In this document: positions 53,095-64,000 of the stretch, in pieces | Numbering within the stretch: the first letter of the stretch is position 1 | Layout of the letters: every line of letters starts with the position of its first letter | Source: Octopus vulgaris | Taxonomy: Eukaryota | Reading direction: 5' to 3' | Length of the DNA: 64,000 nucleotides | NCBI GenBank assembly: GCA_951406725.2 | Contig: OX597821.1 | Coordinates: 93,310,001 to 93,374,000, forward strand | Translations under genes and position numbers: made by a program | The notes under the pieces: generated by a model | The model's input: only the letters and a program-made list of their open reading frames with translations | Database searches by the model: none | What the model was told of the DNA's origin: nothing

Positions 53095-53443
53095 ACAACA
53101 ATAACAACAGAGACATTGATAAAACAATGACTATAGCAACAACAGCAACACAAACAACATATTTAATGACAACAACAACGTCGTCAGCAATAAATGCATC
53201 TGTCCCACCACTGACAGGTAACAATGACAACAACAACAAAAACAACAACAACAACTGTAATTAACGCTGCTCCCTTTATCAACAGTAGCAATACAATCAG
53301 TATTGATGCAGAAACTACTCCTACTGCTACTACTACCTATACTACTACTACTACTACTACTATTACTACTACTATTAGTACTAGTACTGCAGCTGCTATC
53401 CCCACCACCCTCACTACTACTACTGATGCTGCTGTTGCTACTT

Positions 53444-53485
<42 letters not shown>

Positions 53486-53496
53486 TCACTACTGCC

Positions 53497-53527
<31 letters not shown>

Positions 53528-53905
53528 TCACTACTGCCACTAATACTGCAGAGACCCCCTTCGGTCATGACTGACCATGGGATTGCACCTAGAAAGTTAA
53601 CCTCCCAGAAGCACAAGTCCGGGCAAGGTTGTTTTATGGAAGACCAGCAGTCGCCCATGCATACCGGCCTCGCCTCTCCATGCCACTGGCGTTATCCAAG
53701 GGAAAGGCAAAGGGGCCGATACAGCTTGGCGCCTGTGACGTCGCAACTCATTTCTACAGCTGAGTGAACTGGAGCAATGTGAAATAAAGTATCTTGCTCA
53801 AGAACACAACACGCAACCCGGTCCAGGATTCAAACTCACAACCTCATGATCGTAAGCACAACGTTCTAACCACTGAGCCATGTGCCTTCACTACCACTAA
53901 TAAGG

Positions 53906-53951
<46 letters not shown>

Positions 53952-54365
53952 TAATAATAATAATGGTTTCAAATTTTGTCTCAAGGGCAGCAATTTTGAG
54001 GGAGGGGATGAGTCAATTACATCGACCCCAGTTTTCAACTGGTACTTATTTTATTTTATTGCCCCCAAAGAAAGAAAGGTAAAGTCAACTTCAGCAGAAT
54101 TTGAACTCAAGAACACAGCAACAGACAAAATACCTATTTCTTTACTACCCACAAGGGGTTAAACACAGAGAGCACAAACAAGGACAGACAAATGGATTAA
54201 GTCGATTATATCGACCCCAGAGCATAACTGGTACTAATTTAATCGACTCCAAAAGGATGAAAGGCAAAGTCGACCTCGGTGGAATTTGAACTCAGAACGT
54301 CACGGCAGACAAAATACCGCTAAGCATTTCGCCCGGCATGCTAATGATTCTGCCAGTTCACCGCC

Positions 54366-54447
<82 letters not shown>

Positions 54448-57129
54448 TACCATCAACAACAGTAACACCAAGAACAGCATTGATGTAGCTGCTGCATCAG
54501 TAGCAGCAACAAATTACTTGTATATTAATAGAAAGTAACTACTTGCATAACAACAACAACAATAGCAACAACAACAAATCACAACAATAACAACAACAGG
54601 AATTACAACCGTGTTTCATGGTCTGCTACCACAACAGCTCCTTTATAGGATCCAGTTAGCTCAAGACATCATCAGGAGGAACCACGTCCGGTTTTGGCCC
54701 CTACTCCTCTACCGTTCTGACGTGGCGCCCCCCCCCCTTTCGGAGGTGTCTTCAGCTCTGGTGTTGGGTGCATGTCTTCTTTCTTCTGTTCCCTGGCCTC
54801 TTCGATGTATCATCAGCGAGTGTCAGCCGGTGATTGACTGTCTTGTCAAATTTTTCCCTTTAAATACCTGCCGCATAGGCTCCAGCAGGCAGCCCCAGCA
54901 AGTTGTCACGTGACACTGTCTCGCCTTAACTGACTAATGAAGGCATGTAGTTTTAGCCCACGCTTTTTCTAAACGACAGTCACCTAACAGGCAGTCCCAG
55001 CAAGTTGTCACGTACCAACGAGGGAGCCCCAACACAATTTCTGTATTCACAAAGAATACCAGCCAAATCTCTTTCAAATTAAACTCAACCATCTAAAGAG
55101 TGATACACTGGAAATGTAGTCCCTTATATGTAGAAAGACAGGATGTCATGGCTGGGATATCTTTAAGCATAGGTCTGTTCATCAGAGCTGGCCTGTGGCT
55201 AAACAATAGCAACAAACCAGCAACTGTGCCCCAGTGATGAAACTTGACCTTCCCAAAATAGCAGCTAAATCTCCATCAGATCACACCTTTTCAACTTGAA
55301 AAAGAAACACATTGAATAATATAGTCCTTAACACACTATTGAAAACATATGGGGTGGTCATGGTTAGAATTCCTTTAATCATAGGATTGCTTGCTCAGGG
55401 CTGGCTAGGGGTTAAACAATATCAAGATATAAACCTTGGGAGGTGGTGTACAGTTGCTTAGATATGCTTTATCAAATAGCTAATATCTACATGAACCAAT
55501 AAGGAGGCGTCTGCATAGCTGTAGAGTCTACTAGAAATAACAGCTAAATCTCACTCAATAGATGCAGGTGTGGCTGTGTGGTAAGAAGCATACTTCTTAC
55601 ACACACAGCAAGGTGGCGAGCTGGCAGAAATGCTAGCACGCCAGGCAAAATGCTTAGCGGTATTTCGCCTGCCACTACGTTCTGAGTTCAAATTCCGCCA
55701 AGGTCGACTTTGCCTTTCATCCTTTCGGGGTCGATAAATTAAGTACCAGTCGCGCACTGGGGTCAATGTAATTAACTTAATCCCTTTGTCTGTCCTTTTT
55801 TGTCCTCTCTATGTTTAGCCCCTTGTGGGCAATAAAGAAATAAGAAGCATGCTTCATAACCAAATGGTTCTGGGTTCAGTCCCACTGCATAGCAACTTGG
55901 GCAAGTGTCTTCTATTATAACCTCAAGCCGACCAAAGCCTTGTGAGTGAATTTGGTAGATGGAAACTGAAAGAAGCCTCTGTGTGTGTGTGTGTGTGTCT
56001 TTGTGTCTTCGTTTGTTACCCACCACTGCTTGGCAACTAGGGTTGATGTGCCTACATTCTCATAACCTAGCAGCTTAGCAAAGGAGAATGATATACATAC
56101 CAGGTTTAAAAAGAGAATAGGTACTAGGGTTGATTAGTTCAACTAAAATTCTTTATGGTAGTGCCCCAGCATGGCTGCAGTCTAATGAATGAAACAAGCA
56201 AAAAGTAAAAGATAAAAAAATTGTCTTAAAAAAAGGTGATATTGGATATTTATCCCAGGTTACCTGTACATAGAAAATCAACGGGATGGTCACTGCAGAG
56301 TTGCCTTTGATAATAGGTCTATTTGTTAAGAGCTGACCTGGGGTTAAACAACAAAATCAGCAGCTGGTATTTACTTTATTGGCTTCAGAAAGAGGAAAGG
56401 CAAAAACAATCCAACCAAATGAGATTTGAACTCAGAACTTAGACCTAACTAAATACTGCAAACCTATTTTGTCAAACATTATTGCCATACCCATGTACAA
56501 AGAATTGTACATGTCATAGGAGCATGGCAAGAAATTAAGAGGTATGTGTTAATTAGTTAAATCAACCCTAGTAATTTGTTTCATTGACCCTAAAAAAAAA
56601 TGAAAGGTCAGAATAACTTCAATGGGATTTGAACACTGAATGCAAAGAATCAGAATGAATACCACAAGATACTTTGGTGATTGTGTGGTAAGTAGCTTGT
56701 TTACCAACCACATGGTTCCGGGTTCAGTCCCACTGTGTGGCACCTTGGGCAAGTGTCTTCTACTATAGCCTCGGGCCGACCAATGCCTTGTGAGTGGATT
56801 TGGTAGACGGAAACTGAAAGAAGCCCATCGTATATATGTATATATATATATATATATGTGTGTGTATGTTTGTGTGTCTGTGTTTATCCCCCTAGTATTG
56901 CTTGACAACTGATGCTGGTGTGTTTATGTCCTCGTAACCTAGCGGTTCAGCAAAAGAGCCCGATAGAATAAGTACTGGGCTTACAAAGAATAAGACCCAG
57001 GGTCGAGTTGCTCGATTAAAGGCGGTGCTCCAGTATGGCCACAGTCAAATGACTGAAACAAGTAAAAGAAAAAAAAAAAAGATCTGATCCATGCAAAAAT
57101 AATTGTAACTTCAACAAAATAAGTATGGC

Positions 57130-57540
57130 TAGTTTTGGGCCTCTGTCGGTCATGGATAATGTCATCCATCCGTTGAGTTGTCTATTCAGTTTTTGCAACG
57201 CCTCCTGTTGCTGTAGAGACCGATGTGAGAGTGGCAGTCTCATTTGCGGAGGTCACACCTATACATTGAATCCGGTCTGTCGGCTGTCATTTCTTTCCTG
57301 CGGTCTCGGTTTTCACCTGCCACCACCCTCAAATTCTCTTCGCCGGTCTGCAGTTGTTTGTGAAGAGTGCCTCTCCAGCTGGTTCAGTCGGCTGCGAGAT
57401 CCTCCCAGGAATTGGTATTGATGCCAAGTGCCTTCATATCCCTCCTGCACACGTCCCTGTACCTCAGCTTCGGGCGGCCAATGTTTCTCCACCCTGCGAC
57501 AAGCTCTCCGAAGAGGACATCCTTTCGGTCGGATGACTGA
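57130..57540 (-). mobile_element. RTE-clade LINE 3' fragment (second family)
   Basis: Minus translation GRPKLRYRDVCRRDMKALGINTNSWEDLAADRTSWR..YRCD..DCHSHIGLYS. Confidence 0.85.
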
Positions 57541-58534
57541 TTGAGCCATTAGAAACAGCAGCTACATCTCACTCAAGTCACAACCAGCTACTTTTTTTTT
57601 TTTAAATAAAAGAATAGGTTTATGGGGGAAGTACGCCGTAAACATTCAAAAGCCAAAAAAAAAAAAAGAAGACAGAATGGTGGTCACAGCTGGACTGCCT
57701 TTGATTAGATATCTTCTAGATCAGGTCTAACTGAAGTTACACATCACCACCATTATCATCATCGTCGTCAACAACAGCAATGTGGAAGCACTCCATCGGT
57801 TACGACAACGAGGGTTCCGGTTGATCTGAATCAATGGACCAGCCTGCTCATGAAATTAACGTGTAAGTGGCTGAGCACTCCACAGACACTTGTACCCTTA
57901 ACGTAGTTCCCGGGGATATTCAGCGTGACACAGAGAGCGACAAGGCCAGCCCTTTGAAATACAGGTACAACAGAAACAGGAAGTAAGAGTGAGAGAAAGT
58001 TGTGGTGAAAGAGTACAGCAGGGATCACCACCATCCCCTGCCGGAGCCTCGTGGAGCTTTTTAGGTGTTTTCGCTCAATAAACACTCACAACGCCCGGTC
58101 TGGGAATCGAAACCGCGATCCTATGACCGCGAGTCCGCTGCCCTAACCACTGGGCCATTGCGCTTCCACTACAATAATAGCACCAACAAAGTCAAGGCTA
58201 CCTCCATGGTAGTTATAGTATTAAGAAATAAACTTGTTTTATTCCGTTTGTATTCATGGTTCAGAGGTACCTTACTTTCAAAGTATTTTCCCATTATGCG
58301 CCGGTTTGGCTACATAAATTCTACATAAATTCGCTCAATAAACACTCACAACGCCCGGTCTGGGAATCGAAACCGCGATCCTATGACCGCGAGTCCGCTG
58401 CCCTAACCACTGGGCCATTGCACCTCCACAACAACAACAACAACAGCAATAAGATCTATAGCAACAAACTTACAATCGAATGAGACAAACATGACTGTAG
58501 CAACAATCGCACCAGCAGAAACAGAAATATAAAC

Positions 58535-58570
<36 letters not shown>

Positions 58571-59394
58571 AACAACAACAACAGCACAGCTCTTATTTCC
58601 ACAATAAAACCAGACATCTTACATGAAAACAATTAAACACATTTCATTTTGTGACTCATATTTACTCTCGTTATTGTGCTATACTTTATTATTCATTACA
58701 TCGTTAGCTGTTGTTGTTGTTTTTGCGGTTATTTGTTGTAAATTTTATCATTTTATTTTATTTCATCTTATTTTATTTCGTTTTGTTGTTGAAGTGAAAA
58801 TTTATAATTATTTCTTTGTATTACCAGAAATTGAAACATAATTAATTGGTTTTCGCAAATTAGTGTAGTTTTATGCTTGCACCTTTTGACAGGTGAGTAC
58901 TCTAATTACACTCAGGTGCCACATTAACATGTTTTAATATTCTCCAGTTAAGCTTATTGATGTTGTTACAGTTGTTGTTGTTGTTGTTGTTGTTGTTATT
59001 TCATTGTTAATGTTACTGTCATTACTGTTGTTGTTGTTGTTGTTGTTGTTGTTGTGTTAGCTTTGGTTCTTCCAGTTAAACAGCCTTCATATTCTATATC
59101 TCTCGACGTCACCGAAACTACAAAAGACTTCACATGCGATGGCGTTTAACTCTAGTTTCATGACATTAAGTGGATAAGAACTAAATGTTCCTTAATTAGG
59201 ATGCCATCAGATAGAGGAGACTCTCTCAGAATAACCAGTATATATCCCAGACATGATGCTGAAATGGACTTCACACAATTCCAAGATGTAAAGTTGGATT
59301 CCTTGAATAAACTGTGAAATTTCTGCATTGGCATTGAACTCATTAACTTGGCAATCCGTCAATTTAATACACTTATTTGGTTTCTTCACATATC

Positions 59395-59790
59395 ATCCTC
59401 TTCCTTCTTCCTTCTCTTCCTCCTCTTCATCTTCCATCTTCCATCTCTTCCATTTCTTCCTCCTCTTTTTCTTCTTCCTTTTCACCCCTTCTCTTGCTCT
59501 TCTTCTCCTCCCTCTTCCACCTCTTCCACTTCTTCCTACTCTCTATATTCTTCCTCTTCCCCCTTCGCTTGGTCTTCTTCCTCTTCCTCTACCCTCTCCT
59601 CTTCCTCTTCCCCTCATCTTATTTTTCTTCCTTCCTCTCTTCCTTCTCTTCCTCCTGCTTCCTTCTTCTTACTCTTCCTTCTCTTCTTCTCCTTCTCCTC
59701 TTCCTCTTCCCCTCCTCTTGTTCTTCTTCCTTCTCCTCTTCTTTCTCTTCCTCCTGCTTCCTTCTTCTTCTTCTCCCTCCTCCTCCTTCT
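59395..59790. repeat. Polypyrimidine (CTT/CCT) tract with an internal ~99-bp duplication
   Basis: Block at about 59601-59670 is repeated at about 59700-59770. Confidence 0.85.
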
Positions 59791-62286
59791 CATCATCATC
59801 ATCATCATCGTTATCATCGTCATCACCAGGTTAACATCCACTTTTCCATGCTTGCATGGATCAGATGGATTATATGAAAACAGATTTTTCTTCCTATCAC
59901 CCAATTTTCACATGATTCCAAGCAAAGTATATATTTCTCTATGATCAGACACATTTCCATAGAACATTGGCAAAGAATGACACCACTTGTATGATGGTGA
60001 CACTCATTTACAACAATCATACAACATCAAGACAGGAAGGCGCAAACATATGCATACACATACTCACACACACACACACATATGCAAATACACACGCACA
60101 CACATGCATACATACACACACTCACATGCATACACATATACAAATACACACACAAATACACATACACCCCACCACAAACACACACACACACTGATAGAAC
60201 TTGTTGTGTTCACCAGCCATGTTTATGTGCTGTTATTCATAGTTTTTTCTACTTTGAGTTCAATTGTTAAAAGTGAATTATTTCACTCTCTCTCAAAGTT
60301 TCTAAATTATAATTATAAATTTGTAGTTTGTGGTACCAGTGCCGGTGGCACATAAGAGAACCATCCGAACGTGGCCATAGCCAGCACCGCATCGACTGGC
60401 CTCCATGTTGGTGGCATGTAAAAAACACCATCCGAGCGTGGCCGTTCGCCAGCCTCGTCTGGCACCTGTGTCGGTAGCACATAAAAAGCACCCACTACAC
60501 TCACGGAGTGGTTGGCGTTAGGAAGGGCATCCAGCTGTAGAAACACCGCCAGATCTGACTGGCCTGGTGCAGCCTTCGGGCTTCCCAGACCCCAGGTGAA
60601 CCATCCAACCCATGCTAGCATGGAAAGCAGACGTTAAATGATGATGATGATGATGATGTTACCAACATATGTATATATATGTATATGAGCTTTACTTTTT
60701 ATTTGTTTCAGTCATTGGACTACAGCCATACTGGGGTAAGCCTTGAAAAATTTCAGACAAATCAATTGTTCCCAGTACTTATTTTATCAGTTTCTTTTAC
60801 TGAGCTGCTAAGTTATGAGGGTGTAAACATACTAACACTTGTTGTCTAGTAGTGGTAGGAAACAAACACAAGTACAAAGACTCACACACATATACAACAT
60901 ACTTCTTTCAGTTTCCATCTATCAAATTCACTCACAAGTCTGCAGTACAGCAACTCAATTTGAAGCGAATTGTGTCCTTCAATTTAACAAAAAAACCTAT
61001 CCATGTGTTTGCACCTGCTAAAAATTTCAGGTCTGGAATTAAACAGTGTGTTGGAACTTTTGGATCTAGGAAGAATATGGGATCCTTCTGCTATGCATAA
61101 GTTGTATATCCTTGCCATATTTTCTGTTATTTTGTTCTATAGGAGCTGTATTAATTGTGGTTTCTGCAATCAGAGAGGATGGAGATCTCGGTTTTCTTGG
61201 TTTTGTTTCTTTCTTCTCATCCCACATTTTTGCATCAACCTTCTTTGCATTTTTTTCATAAATTTTCTTATTTTCTCACTGTCAAGCATCCTTTCTTTAA
61301 CACATATCTAACACATAAACAGAGCCTAAAAGGTTGCTTGGAGACACATGGCAAGTTTTTATAATTATGCGTAGTTAAAGTATCATACAAACATACAACT
61401 GTGTATTAAATTGATATTCATCTCTCACTAGATGGAGTACTTTTTTGTTTTTGATTGGATCTATATATATATAAAATACAAAAATGGGACAAGAACGCAA
61501 AACATCCAGACAGGCAATACAAAGAAAACAAGGACAGGTTATTCAGAGTTTTTTTTCCTCAGTTGAGTTTCAGATTATCTTTGCAATTTTGGCTGGTTAT
61601 ACTCAAGATTGGTCCCATCTGGCCAGCCCCAAGAAAAAACTAAGCTAAGAGAACTAGATTCCTTGGAAGACAACAGCAAATGTATATGAAAACAAGGACA
61701 GTAAAAAAACAGAAAAATGGTACACAAGTACAAATGCAAACAACAGGTGTCTTTCGACTAAGGACGAATTCAATTAAGCTGGCGTGTGTGAAAGTAAAGC
61801 CTTACGGCAGGGACATAAGATTTGATAGGCACAGGGAGGAGCATAGATGTTGCATGGATGGTAGTCAAACCAAGAAAGAAAGGTCAGGCTTGGCTGAACA
61901 CCAGTCACATGGGAAGAGAAGAGAGAGAGGTAGAGGCAGAGGGATAGAAGAATTAATGAGGGACGAGAAAAAATGAAAGGGACAGAGTGAAGTGAAAGTG
62001 AAGGGAAGGTGAGCATGAAGTGAATTAAAATTGTTATGCCCAAGAAAATAATCTGAGGAAGTTAAAATGAAGTAATGCTATGGCTTCATACAATAGGAAA
62101 AGTTTCACTTCACCTGATGGGAGAACTCACATCTCATGTAAAGGTAGAACTCATGCATTTTCAGGAAGACTTTTCTTGTAGTGTCATCAGCATCCACCAA
62201 AAAGTGTGCAATATGTAAGGAATTTGTGGGATGATTTGATACAGAATACACCCATGCTGTGTGTATGTGTTGTGTGTGTGTCTCTC

Positions 62287-62321
<35 letters not shown>

Positions 62322-63270
62322 GCTTATATGCATGTCCATACGTCTTTATACATTTACTCTTTACTCTTTACTCTTTTACTTGTTTCAGTCATTTGACTGC
62401 AGCCATGCTGGAGCACCGCCCCTAGTCGAGCAAATCGACCCCGGGACTTATTCTTTGTAAGCCCAGTACTTATTCTATCGGTCTCTTTTGCCGGGGACGT
62501 AAACACACCAGCATCGGTTGTCAAGCAATGCTAGGGGGACAAACACAGACACACAAACACACACACATATACATATATATACATATATATGACAGGCTTC
62601 TTTCAGTTTCCGTCTACCAAATCCACTCACAAGGCATTGGTCGGCCCGGGGCTATAGCAGAAGACACTTGCCCAAGATGCCACGCAGTGGGACTGAACCC
62701 GGAACCATGTGGTTGGTTAGCAAGCTACTTACCACACAGCCACTCCAGCACCTATATTTGTGCTTATATGTAACTGAAAGACGCATTTCCTAACCAGGCA
62801 TATAACTTTACATGCTTCAGACAATGTTACATTATGAATCAATGTATAAAAACCTTGCAAGATCTATCCAATCTGTATATATACAACCCGTTCTTCATAT
62901 CCTACACCTATATACACATACACACATATACATATAGATGTATACTTGTTTATGCACATATACACATATACACAAATATATATCATAGATACATGCATTA
63001 TATGTGTGTGTATTACATGTATATAGTTATAGATAGGTGTGAGCACACATACACACACAACACACAGGCATACATACACACAGGCATACATACAAACATG
63101 CACATACACATGCATGCAAGCACACATACACACACACACACACATATAAATATATATATTTTTATCACCTCATTACATGCATGTATTACATATACATATA
63201 TCAAAACCAATCTAAGCCATGTTTTGAACTTCTCCACAGTAATGTTGCCTGTCTTTGAAAATATGTCCCC

Positions 63271-63414
<144 letters not shown>

Positions 63415-63789
63415 CTTTCTTTTTCACAAAGTAATGAAATAAACCAGGACATATTATCTATTTGCTCGCAACTGATGCAACAGCCTCAACTTAATACAAG
63501 ACATTAAAACTGCTTTAAATTCCATAGAGAAACCGTTAAACTACATTGCATGAAAATTTTCAATTAACAGAAGGTTTCAAAGTAAAATGGAAAACATTAA
63601 ATACTAATACTAACAAATAAAATACTGAATAAATATAAAATAGATAAGAATCGAAATTTATGTGTGATTGTATTATAGTGATTCTGTTTAAATTTGAAGA
63701 AAACCTGTCGAAGCATAAGTGTATGATATGAGGTATGAGAATGTTGCACTGAAGAAAATATTTGTGTTAAGAAAATTTAGGTAATATGT

Positions 63790-64000
63790 TAATATTTCAA
63801 AAGTGTTTAGAAGTCTTCAGCTTCTAAAGAACTGTATCCATCTGCAGCTCATTTTTGATAAGGTCTTTTTTTCATCAGCTTCGTAGATTTAAATCAATCC
63901 AACGTTTCAACCTTGAACTCTTTAGCATTCAGGTTATTCTGGAAATGTAATGCTTAAAGATGAGACACGTAGGATAGAGAGTCCCTGATGAGGTCACAGG
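63790..64000 (-). pseudogene. Possible very old non-LTR RT remnant
   Basis: Minus strand cagggactctctatcct (resembles QGDSLSP) followed about 85 nt later by gattgatttaaatcta (resembles DDLKL); frameshifted. Confidence 0.3.

Overview
AT-rich, microsatellite-saturated animal DNA. The tRNA-derived SINE families and repeat density look like an octopus (coleoid cephalopod) genome; this is an inference. I found no intact host protein-coding gene, and most ORFs in the track are microsatellite or SINE artefacts. The window is a nest of mobile elements: about 35 SINE copies from 4-5 families; RTE, CR1-like and L1/Tx1 LINE fragments; three R4/Dong-like RLE retrotransposon pieces sitting in (TAA)n arrays; two decayed Penelope-like (PLE) ORFs; a complete ~1.05-kb non-coding LTR element (TRIM-like) with PBS, PPT and TSD; Helitron Rep pseudogenes, one fused to a 1-kb A4T4 satellite; a complete non-autonomous Helitron; a mariner fold-back; and two MITEs. 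The most notable signal is about 10 minimal type-I hammerhead-ribozyme-like motifs on PLE-type termini. Several have non-canonical cores or long stem-II loops, they repeatedly occur in (TA)n tracts, and three times they sit at the internal microsatellite of the same SINE family. Coordinates were counted by eye and may be off by a few bases.
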